The notes under the pieces: model-generated
What the model was told of the DNA's origin: nothing
The model's input: only the letters and a program-made list of their open reading frames with translations
Databases searched by the model: none
From: Trichosphaerium sp. ATCC 40318
Lineage: Eukaryota > Protista > Tubulinea
Direction of reading: 5' to 3'
Assembly (NCBI GenBank): GCA_038496445.1
Contig: JALMLS010000015.1
Coordinates: 310,001 to 374,000, forward strand
Length of the DNA: 64,000 nt
Part shown: one piece after another, positions 1 to 12,214 of the stretch
Position numbering within the stretch: position 1 is the first letter of the stretch
How the letters are laid out: every line of letters starts with the position of its first letter
Translations under genes and position numbers: made by a program

Positions 1-1178
1 CTATGAGCATACTTTCTACTATCCTTTGTTTCGCTTGTTGTGCTGGTACGTAGTGTATTTGTAGTGTTATCCATAAAAGTGATAATGTGTTTTAGGTATC
101 ATTGTCATTATCATCATTGTTGTATTGAAAAAACAAAAACAAAACAAGGCTAACGCTTATGTGCGAATGCCTTAGAAGCCTATTTTGCAAAGAATTATAA
201 AGGACAGTTAATATTCATCCAATAAACGTTGTCCCCTTTCTAAGAAATGCTTATGTTGTTTAAACAATCTTGAGAAGCTCAGTAATTACCGAGCTATTGT
301 CTCAGTTGATACCAGTGCTTGAGATTTATTAGGTAAGAATGTAAGTATGCGAGCACACTCAGTGCCATTGTTGTGTCTAGATTGTTATTATGGACAGCAG
401 GCAAGGTTGAGGAATTCAAAAAAACCATAAAATAGATTGTGACTGAAGCCAAGAAAAGTCCAGCGTGATTTTGGTAAATAATATCAGATTATTGAACAAC
501 TTGACGGCTGTTCAACAATAGTCTTACATCAAACAGCAGAAAATATTGTTAATAATTCAATTAATGTTATAGTGCATGCTGAATAAACTCCACATTTTAT
601 TCATCATCCTGCTAAAGTTTATTGGAACAAAGAAAAGTTTGTTGTGTTATTTTTTTTTTACTTGTTCTCAATTTTTCTAGAGTGAGCTTGCAATACTATC
701 ATCTTGGCGACCAACACATTATTCATAAAATATTTCAAAGGGTCGCTTACATGGAAACTAAAAAACACTGAAAGACGTCACTCGCTGTATTTTTAGCTTC
801 AAAAAGAAAAATCCAATAAAACAAAACATAAAGATACAAAAATATCCAACTCTTACTTGACTTAACACATTGTTCACGTTGCAACAATAATGGATATAGT
901 ATTAATGTTTGTTTAATAATAATTTAAAACGTCTTAATGAGGACATCCACATCTAATGGCATTTCGTGAATATTTTTCAATATACTCTTCAACTGCTATT
1001 GTTGATTTATCAAAGACAATAACAACTTGTATTTACGAGTGACGACCATCCTGTCACATTCATTTGACAATTCCAAGGTGATGTTGCTATGGGTATGTAC
1101 AATTGTTGTTTCTAATCACAGAACAAAGAAAAAACAAAGAAGGCAAGAGAAGAAGTGAGAAAAGAAAATCTATTACTT

Positions 1179-2165
1179 TTATAACAATAAGACTAATACA
1201 ACTACGATCAATGCCATTGTAACTTTTAACACAAGCGAAGAAGAAGGTGGAGCAACAGTAGTAGGTGGTGGGGTAGGCATAATTGGCGCTGCTGTAGTTG
1301 CTTCAGTAGGCGCTTCAGTAGTTGGCGGTGGGGTAGGCATAATTGGTGCCTCTGTAGTTGCTTCAGTAGGCGCTTCAGTAGTTGGCGGTGGAGTGGGCAT
1401 AATTGGTGCTGCTGTAGTTGCTTCAGTAGGCGCTTCAGTAGTTGGCGGTGGAGTGGGCATAATTGGCGCTGCTGTAGGTGCTGTAGTTGGTTCAGTTGGT
1501 GTTATTACTTCACTGATATTAGACCTTCCTGAAACCCACACGCATGAACTGCTAGATGTACGTTGTATAACAAACCACCACTAAAAAAATATGATTGAGT
1601 ATAAAGATATTTTACCAGTTCGGGAACAGAATAACGTACACCCATGGTTACTGTACCGGTTCCATTTTCTGGAGCTGTCCACGTGAATGTTATGTCACTG
1701 TCCTTTACTGCTCCATTCACGTGACGAAGAGTACCATAGCAATCAGGCGCAGCAAAGAGGTTTGTGTCAGTAGAAAGAATAGTAGGTTCAGAAGAATCTA
1801 TTGTTCCAACAATCTCACCAAATGGTGCACTACCAGTGTAGAAAGAAATTGTTGCTCCCTACGAACAAAAGGACGTGAGTAACAAAGAAAAACAGGCTAC
1901 AAGTTTTCGGAGCTAGCGAAAAAAAAAGACGCACTGTGTAAGAGACATTGGCGTTACCTGTAACAGTGAAAGTATAATTGGCGTCTGCGACGTATTCTGA
2001 TATTAGTGGTGTAATTGAAAACTCATCTATTGATGTAGGGCTTGTTGAGCACATGGCCATGCATATAGCTTCACTACTCGCTGGACATACAGCTATTGCG
2101 CTGGTACTAAAGGCGAGAGATGCTGCAAATAAGCATGAGAGGAGAATAATAAGTCTATAGTTCAT
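1179..2165 (-). CDS. Secreted, probably GPI-anchored reeler-like domain protein with Pro/Thr mucin stalk (spliced)
   Basis: Signal peptide MNYRLIILLSCLFAASLA; spliced exon reads ...LRHVNGAVKDSDITFTWTAPENGTGTVTM (reeler-like H..K..FTWTAP..G.V motif); P/T repeats; hydrophobic C-terminus LVLKVTMALIVVVLVLLL. Confidence 0.7.
1261..1480. repeat. 60-bp coding tandem repeat, about 3.6 copies (PIMPTPPPTTEAPTEATTAA)
   Basis: Near-identical 60-mers starting at 1261, 1321, 1381 and a partial copy at 1441. Confidence 0.95.
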
Positions 2166-2202
2166 TTGGTTGTTTGAGGAAGCGTTGCGTTGTTGGTAAC
2201 TG

Positions 2203-2212
2203 GTCACGTGAC
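2203..2212. promoter_or_regulatory. GTCACGTGAC palindromic E-box about 40 bp upstream of the reeler-gene ATG, next to TTTATAAA
   Basis: Perfect 10-bp palindrome at a promoter-proximal position. Confidence 0.4.
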
Positions 2213-2248
2213 TTTATAAAGTACTAGCGTCAAAATTCTCCAGTTATA

Positions 2249-2298
2249 TCTTGTGTGAACGACCCGTTCGTTTTTTCTTGTGTGAACGACCCGTTCGT
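2249..2298. repeat. Direct duplication of a 23-mer containing a GAACG-acc-CGTTC hairpin
   Basis: tcttgtgtgaacgacccgttcgt at 2249 and 2276. Confidence 0.85.
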
Positions 2299-2696
2299 AT
2301 GGGTGCGGGCATGTCACGAACAGGGATACCCAAGCAGAAATATATCATTTCCCAATTCTCCCAAGAATTTGTCCCCTAATCCCCTAAAAAGGGTAACGGG
2401 TTATCAAGTATGGATAAAATCAAAGCTGTTAACCGATACTATACCCCAAACAGTTCCGACAAAAAACAAATTGTTTCCATCTTTTCCCGTAAGATTCGTT
2501 CGAAGGTGGACTCTCCCAGGTAAACGATGTTCCGAAGAGATGTACTTCTTACTTTTGGTTCACGTGTTTTCTCGGGTGGTTTTTGGTTGTGATAGTATCT
2601 CCTAATCTATCCACAAAGAGTATTCATACTCAAATAAATCGTATTAATAAAACATACCCAACATGATGCGAAACTCTAGGGAAGAAAACCAGCTTT

Positions 2697-4545
2697 TTAA
2701 AAACAATTTATAAAAAAGTTAAGAACATTTTCTTTCTTCAAGACTGAGACTACCAAGTCTTCAATGTAATCAAGAACAATTTCTTCCTAAGTTATAAGCA
2801 TAAGAATAATTTACTATTGATGTTACTAGTTATCAGGAAAACACGTACCCTAATCCACAAGTCAGAAATCTTTGCAATATTTAAACAAACAATAGATACA
2901 AAGTGCTTAAAATTCACATCGACTGTATCCTTGTTTGCAACTTTTGGATCATAACAGCTTCCTTTTTCATGTTTACCAAAGGCTGGAAAGTAACGCTCTT
3001 GCATAATCATATCTACAATATGATTTTTGCTTTCGAAAGAAGGAAGCAAGTTTTTCTTTTTAAATGTTTTTGACATCCTGTTTATCAAGCTATGTGGTGT
3101 CATCAGGAATGACAAGGTGTAGAATATGAAAACTTACGATTGCAGAGAAAACATGAGTAAGTCATCTGCGAGAACATGGGGAAAAGGTGGTGTCCTAGTG
3201 AAGAAAAAAACTTAGCTTCAAGTTCGCAGACGCCACTTACTTTGATTGAAGTTTTTCATACACCTCAAGCTCTGGTGCTGATGTCCAAACGTTAACAGAA
3301 ATGGATGTAGTGTCAGCATACACGCGATGTAACCAAAAAGGTGGTATGTACAATACATCACCTGGTGTTAAGGTTGCTTCAAAACAGTAAATAAAAACTA
3401 TCGAAACACTAAGTACCTTTTTGAACGTTTGTTTGCATCTCAGGTTGTTCTTCACCGTACTGATATTGCGCCATTCGAGAACTATCATTATTATTAATTT
3501 ATTCATACTAAAAAAGCACGCTACCAAGGATGTATTGTGGGGTATTGATGTATTTTACTTCGCTCTCTAGGATGTCCAAGCAAAAATGTTTTTTGTCCAT
3601 ATATCTGAGCATAGAAATTATAGTATCGATCCGAGTGTGTATTTGATATTACTCCTCCATTTCCGATCCATATATTGGATTCTCCAGGTTGAGCATCTAA
3701 GCTAGTCATCAAAATCAATATGTCAAAATGTTTGACCACAAAAAAAGAGAAAACACAAAACACGAGCTCTTACCAAGTGCATCAGGACTTAGAAACGCTG
3801 TAGGCAGTACGTCTTTCTCTAGTTCTGTTATACCAGCCAAAGGAGCATTAAAGAAATTATAAGTTCCATCACTCTTTGACGAGAATAGCTCTTCAAACGT
3901 TGTTTGAGAGTACGTGTATTTTTTTGTATATTCCCATGTTGTTCCATTTGGAAGCTTTAAACTATATTTAGTGAGCGTGTTTTTCAATCACGTGCAGTCA
4001 CATGATACACACGTGATTGAACAAAATTGCATTGATCTTTTGACTTCAGCAGGAGGTTACGTACGAGGTTATTCGAGCCGAATCTTCAGCGCAGTGAGTG
4101 AATAAAGGGTTGTTGTTTGAAGCCATTGCAAACTTTCTTTTTCCAAACAGACTCTTTAAGTACGATGGAGACCATGTTTTCAATGCTTTCCATCTGTTTT
4201 CAAGCTCAACACCCTTTAATACGGCTGGTTCGCGTAATGCCGCCAACTAGATTGTCATGAGTTGTATAATCGCTTTTTACGCGTGTAAAAGCGTTTTAAG
4301 AGCGTTTTAGGTAGCTCTTATTACCTTCGTTAAGAAATCAGTTGAGTCCTCCCAAATTACTTCATTTACGTTCTTTGATATGTTATATCCTCTGTAGTCA
4401 TTGTTTACAGTATTCTGTGGTTAATTAGTTAGTAACCGCACGTTTTGAATGCTTGTACTTCTTTTGGGTACCACCGTATACATGCGAATACAATTATAGC
4501 AAGTATAACAGCCAATACACTAGCTAAACCAGAGGAGCACGTCAT
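2697..4545 (-). CDS. JmjC/cupin-like 2-oxoglutarate oxygenase with N-terminal membrane anchor (multi-exon)
   Basis: REPAVLKG..RWKALKTWSPSYL; NIWIGNGGVISNTHSDRYYNFYAQIYGQKTF (HxD); LTPGDVLYIPPFWLHRV (distal His); hydrophobic N-terminus. Confidence 0.85.
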
Positions 4546-4654
4546 TTACCAGTCACTTAACTGATATGTCGTTAAGTCGTGTAGAATTTTATAGCGACAA
4601 TCATCACGTGTATCTAGGAGATATTAGGTTACGCCTGAAGATCAATAATATATC

Positions 4655-5430
4655 ATGTTGGAAAGAAAATGGAAAAAAGAAGCTGATGGCACTTTAGATT
4701 GGACGCTAAAGGCAGAATACGATCAAGGAGTGGTCTTAGAATGCTCTAACGATAAAAAAATTCGGTTTAACCCAAAACGAACAGCAGTACTTGTTGTTGA
4801 TATGATCAACTCTTTTTGTCATATAGACGGCGCTTTTACAACCAAGGAGAAGCTAGAAACTCTGTTAAAATGCGTAGATCCCATAAACGAAATCATAAGC
4901 GCTACAAGAGAAGCAGGATCGAAAATAGTCTTTGTCAACTGGGGATTAGATCCAAAAGGCGAGAAGTTACCAGAATCTGTAAGGTATATAATGTCCACGC
5001 GCCCAGACGCAATAAAACAATTGACAAGTGGAGATTGGGGCGCTGAAGTATTCGAAAAAATCGATAAGCGTGATGGAGATATAGTTTCTGATAAGAAACG
5101 GTTTTCTGGATTTCATGAAACAGACTTGGCTGATAGACTCAGTACGTATCATCTTAACACCCAAACTATTAATTTGTTCTAATGAATTAACGTTTAGATA
5201 AGCTTGGTATCACTACTGTTATTGTTTGTGGCGTTGTTACTAACGTGTGCGTGTATAACACTCTTTTGGGTGCTTCTGATCGCGGATTTGATCCGATCTT
5301 GTGTGATAATGCTTGTGCAACACTTGACCCTGAATTTTGTACTCAAGACGTCACGTACACAACAGGAAGAGTTCTTGGAGGTGTTTCACGTGCATCTGAT
5401 ATATGTAAAGCCCTTTCTAATACAAAATAA
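4655..5430 (+). CDS. Isochorismatase-family cysteine hydrolase (one intron near 5142-5197)
   Basis: AVLVVDMINSF, KKRFSGF, then after the intron GITTVIVCGVVTNVCV (Asp/Lys/Cys triad); head-to-head with the JmjC gene, about 110 bp apart. Confidence 0.9.
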
Positions 5431-5538
5431 CCAGGTTTTGGAAACAACTTGTAACGCAATAAAAAGTAAAATCGAGTTTACTTGTAGTCATACTGAACAA
5501 CTTGATTTGTTTCTATTTAAGGGCACAAGTTCGTGCAT

Positions 5539-8367
5539 TCACTCATTTTTAGATTCTGCTAAGGCACCGTTAATATCTTCTCTGAACTGCTTTGTAACAT
5601 CGATGGTGTCTTCGATATCCTTTTGAACAAGAGTACGATCTAGTTCAAGCAATAAAAGTCAGATTCAAAACAACAAAGGACTCTGCTTGTTGAAAGATGT
5701 ACCTTGTTTCTTGGCAACAGCCATTGCCAAACGAATCACACTTCTGATTTGTCTTCCATTCAGTTCGTGCTTGGCAAGCTCAGGACCATTCACATTGTCA
5801 ATCTTTGCCATGTCCAAAAAGTTTTGCCACACTTTGATACGAGCATCAATATCGAGTTGAGGATACTTCAGACCAACAGTGATACGACTGTAGAACGCTT
5901 CATCGAAATACTCAACTCTAAATCGCACTGTTAGTATGTACCTTCTTGTAATTGTTACATTGTGGCATACCTGTTAGTTGTGAGGAACAAGATTCCTTGA
6001 TGATACTCAAGAAGTCTGAGAAAGATACCAACCATGGCATTTCTATTAATGTCGCTCTTTGAACGCCTTGACAAAAGAATAAGTTTCAGAACAACTACTT
6101 GCTATGGCTTGGTTGGTTTACCTTTCGAGGAATACATCAGCTTCGTCCATTAAAATAACGGCATCCCATACAGAAGCGACATCAAGAATATCACGCAATT
6201 TCTGTTCAAGATCACGAGTTGTTGTTCCCAACTCACCAACAGTGATCGAGTACAAAGGTTTTCTTAACATCTATAAAAATAAAAAAGTGAGTAAACGTTT
6301 TTAGGTCTTTGGGGTCTACCTCTGCAATGGCTTCAGCTGTCAATGTTTTTCCGGTACCAGGAGGTCCTATTCAGTTTTATTTAGTGTTGTTGTAATGAAA
6401 AAAAATAAAATAGACCGCAGAGACATCATTCTTGCTGTTGTACTTAAAGTTACAAGTCCGATGTCGCTTGTGTTTTGACGATTTGTGCGTCACGTACCAT
6501 GCAATAGAAACACTGAACCAGCTCCCTTTCCACTGATGACATCAGCAAACGTATTGTCAGAGTGTTTGACAAGCGCTTCAATCAGTTCTTTTTTCTTTTC
6601 AGGAAGAACAAGTCGTTTGTAAGCTTCATCATCGAATGTGATTTCAAATGCATTCCCAATTGGAATTTCACCCCATTCCTTGACTGCAAATGAAAATCCT
6701 CCAATTGTGGGCCATGTGCGATACCAATCTTCCTTGAATTGCATTAGATCGACAAAAAGCGAAACCAAAAAAAAAACAACAAGAAGCTTACTTCTGGAAT
6801 AGTGGCTATTTCTTCTACAGTTCCTTGTTGTCTGTTGCCCCGCTAAATATTCAATCAGCACAAACGGCATTTATTTAAGGCGTGCAATTTGGAATGGGTT
6901 ATGTAGGTAACCTCCCTAAATTCAATTAGTAAAAGCGCAGGTCAAGTTCTTTGGCGTACAAATTGGTATTGGTGCATGTGATCTCTGCCAGAGTACTCTT
7001 TGTAGTTTGGATTGATCTTATTGAAAGAACCACAATCAACCATGATACGACCGTCTGCTTTCCACTGCCTGGTATAGTCTTTTCTCTCCTTAAAATGCAT
7101 AGTACCTAAATAAAATAAGGATACAACTATAGTTGTATGGTTAAGGTACCTTTGAAAGCGAGGTAATGAGATCCTTTACCAACTGAGTTGAAAAATTTAC
7201 CACGTTCTGTGAGAAGGGCGAGAGTTTTATCATCAACCAGCTTCACTGGAAGCGATGAGAGTTTTCTAAAGAAACAGGTATTAAAGGTAACATAATCAAA
7301 ATTTGGGATGACTTACCTCATACCTTTGAAGTGAGGTACAACAAAGCCATGTTGAGCGGCAAAAAAATGATCACCATTTGTTTTGATGACATCTCCTCTC
7401 ATCAAAAAGAAATACGAGTACTTTGTACGCTCATAAGATGTTGAGTTTACCTTCGATGCAACCTAAATAGTACTCATAGCTGTATTAATAAGCAAGCCTT
7501 GGCAATAAAATCATTGATATATTTGTTCTCTGAATTAAAAAAAAAACCACGTGGAACAAAGAAAAAAGTTGAAAACATGTGCCGTACCAAGTATTTGCCT
7601 TTTGAACCAACAATGCGTTTACCACGACAAAAGTAATACTGCAAAGCTTCGAATATGATGTCTCCTTTTTTCAACATCTCTTCATACAGCTTTTTCTACA
7701 TTCATTTGTTAGATGGACACTACGAAAACATAGGAACCAGTTAAATTTTATCCCCGTACCCTCCCTTCATATGCTTCTCCAAGCCATTCTATCAACTCTT
7801 CGATAGCCAAAAGGTCTGTTTGCTATCTCAGTGGTTAGCTAAACGGTTTTTTTGATCTTTTTTTTCTCAAAATACTAACAAGTGGGTGTAAAACACCACG
7901 AGGGGCGCCTCCTGTTTTGATACTGCGTAGATAATCGACCATTGTAAACTACAAAAAAACAAACCGTCAACGGACATTTTGTAACAAAACTCCAAATATA
8001 TCCGTACCATCTCGTTAGCCTTGATCATAGGTTCTTTCTCAAGCATCGCTGGATCATCAGGTCGGTTCTGACGCACTACACTGATGATATAAGGCGAGGT
8101 TAACTTTACCCAGACTATAGTCACGTTACAGCCACATGCAACTGTCTGTTTGTTTACAACTTTAAATCCCTAGCCAACGTGAGCATTTTACAAGGAACTT
8201 ACTGTTCACCGACTGCTTACTTTTTTGTTTGTAGATGTTGTATTTGACAAACCGCTATGACAGTAACGGCATATGGTGGCTTTTACAGGGACTAAGCTCT
8301 GACAAAATTCGCAAACTTTTGTTTCGCCACCAACTGTCGGTGCTATTTCTTCTTGCGGTTGTTGCAT
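5539..8367 (-). CDS. AAA+ ATPase paralog 1 with N-terminal CxxC-x10-CxxC zinc ribbon (fungal-type AAA family)
   Basis: LLHGPPGTGKTLTAEAIAE (Walker A), ILMDEADVFLE (Walker B), LFLTTNR, FDEAFYSRI, ELNGRQIRSVIR; N-terminus VCEFCQSLVPVKATICRYC. Confidence 0.88.
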
Positions 8368-8895
8368 TAGAGGAGATTAGGTTGTGCTCGTTGATGTTTT
8401 GAGGCAATGATATTTTCAGTGAGTAAGTGATTGATTTGTGACATGTTTTTCCTGCTACCACAGATCGATGACATGTATCAGTAACTTAAGCTGTCACTTC
8501 TCAACATTGCTAGCATAATACAACGAATGTAACTTTCGGAAGCCCTAAAACCTTTTGAGCCTAGATACTAACATGTCAAGCTGAACTACTGTCCAGGGGA
8601 ATTTTTTTTCCTTCATTCGCAATCACGTGATTAACACTGTTGGGTTTTTTGAAGCTAGTCGCTATGAGGATTAATCAGTCAGTATTTGCTTGGTTTGAAA
8701 TTTTTTGCGAGCTTGTTTTACGCGTCACAGTCATATATTGACCAAGTAGAAACAAACGTTCCTACTTGTAGTTTTATCGTTAGTTCGAAAAAAAAACCCA
8801 AATAACAATTTCAAATAGCGCAGAGAAGTATCATGTATTTTGAATTAAGCAAGTTTTTGGTACTCGTTGACCTCTTCTGTCAATTACAAGCTCAA

Positions 8896-11850
8896 TTAAA
8901 TAATATTTGATTCTGCTGCAGCAGCGTTAATATCTTCTCTGAACTGCTTTGTAACATCGATGGTATCTTCAATATCTTGTTGAACAAGAGTACGATCTAG
9001 TTCAAGAATAAACATCAGATTCAAAACACGTGCGTGCTAAACACAAAAAAAACTCAGCTGGTTGAAAGGTGTACCTTGTTTCTTGGCAACAGCCATTGCC
9101 AAACGAATCACACTTCTGATTTGTCTTCCATTCAGTTCGTGCTTGGCAAGCTCAGGACCATTCACATTGTCAATCTTTGCCATGTCCAAAAAGTTTTGCC
9201 ACACTTTGATACGAGCATCAATATCGAGTTGAGGATACTTCAGACCAACAGTGATACGACTGTAGAACGCTTCATCGAAATACTCAACTCTAAATCGCAC
9301 TGTTAGCATGTACCTCTTGTAACTGTTACATTGCGGCATACCTGTTAGTTGTGAGGAACAAGATTCCTTGATGATATTCAAGAAGTCTGAGAAAGATACC
9401 AACCATGGCATTTCTATTAATGTCGCTCTTTGAACGCCTTGACAAAAGAATAAGTTTCAGAACAACCTTGCTATGGCTTGGTTGGTTTACCTTTCAAGGA
9501 ATACATCTGCTTCGTCCATCAAAATGACAGCATCCCAGACAGAAGCGACATCAAGAATATCACGTAATTTCGTTTCAAGGACATCAGTTGTTGTTCCCAA
9601 CTCACCAACAGTGATCGAGTACAATGGTTTTCTTAACATCTGTAATACAAAAAAGTGAGTAAACATTTTATGCCAGTGTGGTCTACCTCTGCAATGGCTT
9701 CAGCTGTAAGTGTTTTACCAGTACCAGGAGGTCCTATGCATTGTATTTAGTGTTGATTGTAATGAAAAACCAACAAAAGAGCGAGAAAAACATTCAATCT
9801 TGAACTTGGATTTTCAAGTTGGAGGTATTGCTTTTTGACAATTTGTGTCACGTACCATGCAATAAAAACACAGAACCAGCTCCCTTTCCACTGATGACAT
9901 CAGCAAATGTATTGTCAGAGTGTTTGACAAGCGCTTCAATCAGTTCTTTTTTTTTTCAGGAAGAACAAGTCGTTTGTAAGCTTCATCATCGAATGTGATT
10001 TCAAATGCATTCCCAATTGGAATTTCACCCCATTTCTTGACTGCAAATGAAAATCCTCCAATTGTGGGCCATGTGCGATACCAATCTTCCTAATTTTTGA
10101 ATTGAATTAGACTCTACGCCTTTTAGAGTCAAACATAAAAATAAATTTGTTCCCGTAATTTTCATGTTTGAAATAGCAACCACATGAAATTCATAAGTTC
10201 ATATGCAATTCTGGCATTGCAGTTTTTTACCCATACCCCACAAGATCAATTATACTCCCTGAAAACTCCCGAAAACATAAATTAAAAAGGTTAGCTTACT
10301 TCTGGAACAGTCGTGATTTCTTCTCCACTTCCTTGTTGTCTACCTCCCTAAGTAGTCAATAAGTTCCAAAAAGTCCGACAATGTTGGTGTTAAGAGCATA
10401 CGTATGAAGGTCATGCTGATTTGCAGAGTACTCTATGTAACTTGGATTGATCTTATTGAAAGAACCGCAATCAACCATGATACGACCATCTGCTTTCCAT
10501 TGAGTGATAAACCCTCTTCTCTCGGATTTCCAACGCATTGTCCCTTCGTTTTGGTTAAATATCGCCATAAAGGAATGCATACCCTTGAAAGCGAGGTAAT
10601 GAGATCCTTTACCAACTGAGTTGAAAAGTTTACCACGTTCTGTAAGAAGTGCAAGAGTTTCATCATCAACCAGCTTCACTGGAAGCGATGAGAGTTTTCT
10701 AAAGCAACAGTTATTAAAGGTAACATAATCAAAATTTGGGATGACTTACCTCATACCTTTGAAGTGAGGTACAACAAAGGAATGTTGAGTGGCAAAAAAA
10801 TGATCACCATTTGTTTTGATGACATCTCCTTTCATCTGAAAGAAATACGAGAACATTGAACGCTCGTAAGATGATGTGTTTACCTTGGATGCAACCTAAA
10901 AAATGTACATGAGTATTAAATTGAGAAGAAGAAAGATGATCGTCACGTGGCAATTTCTCTGAAATGAACAGAAGAGAAACAGTGATGAAAAAGAAGAGTG
11001 TCATACCAAATATTTGCCTTCTGAACCAACAATACGTTTACCACGAGAAAAGTAGTACTGTAAAGCTTCGAATATGATGTCTCCTTTTTTCAACATCTCT
11101 TCATACAGCTTTTTCTACATTCATTTGTTAGATGAACACTACGAAACAAGTCATTCATTGTGTCGCACGTACCCTTTCCTCATACTCTTTTTCAAGCCAT
11201 GTTGTCAACTCTTTGAGAGCCATCAAGCCTTGGTTCTGGCGTAGATGTTAGATAACACTGCACAGACGGGAAAGTGAGAAAAATTGCGCACAGCACCACG
11301 AAGGCCTCCCGAGAAGTATGTGCGAAGAAGATCGAGCATTGTAAACTACAAAAACAAACCGTTAACACATTTTGTAACAAAACTGAAAATATTTCTGTAC
11401 CATCTGATCAGCCTCAATCATAGGTTCTTTCTCAAGCATCACTGGATCATCAGGTCGGTTCTGACGCACTACACTGATGATATAAGGTGATGTTAACTTT
11501 ACCCAGACTGTAGTCACATTGGCGCCACTGACAAGCGTCTGTTTGTTTATAATTTTAAAACCCTGGCTGACGTAAGCATTTACAAGAAACGAAAAGTAAA
11601 AGAGAACGCTAAACATCAATCAACACGCGTTTATATGGCTACTTAAAGTGTTCGTAGCGTTATGACAGCTAGTTACGGAGGGTTGGGCGTTTTTTAGGAG
11701 TGAGCGTACCTTTTTGTCAGTTGACGTTGTATTCGACAAAGCTCCGCGACAATAACGACATCTGGTGGCTTTTACAGGGATTAAGCTTTGGCAAAAATCG
11801 CAAACTTTTGTTTCGCCACCAACTGTAGCTCCATGAGGTTGTTCTTGCAT
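8896..11850 (-). CDS. AAA+ ATPase paralog 2, with an apparent 1-bp frameshift at 9947-9956 (pseudogene or sequencing error)
   Basis: Same motifs as paralog 1; T10 run where paralogs 1 and 3 have 11 nt (T6-C-T4) within LPEKKKEL. Confidence 0.8.
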
Positions 11851-12214
11851 TTTAAGTGTGGCGTTGAGGACTTGATTTAGCTGAAATGGTTAAAAAAAGT
11901 GAGTTTTCCGGGATGTTCAAACGGTTTTGCCGGTTGCTCACATTATAACTTCCTCTCATTATAACTTAATAGTGTAGTATCAGTCTGAAACCTTTTGTCA
12001 ACCAAAACTGATGTTCACTTTATGCGAACGTTGAAAAAATGTCACAACTCTTTGTTCCCGAGGCGAGTTTTGCTCCCTCTCTGTAGTTAGAACTCGGACC
12101 GTCAACATTATCATAATGACAAAGTATAATCTATGATACTACAACTCAGAGACAAAGCATTATGGCGACTTGCTCAGTAGTGATCGTTTATTAAACTCAT
12201 AGTAGTACAACTGG

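Noticed and set aside
200-1110. Coding-like fragments at the window start
   Set aside because: Interrupted by stops, with no recognisable motif; I cannot support a gene or pseudogene call.
1261-1480. CRISPR-like array
   Set aside because: Contiguous coding tandem repeat with no unique spacers, in a eukaryotic context.
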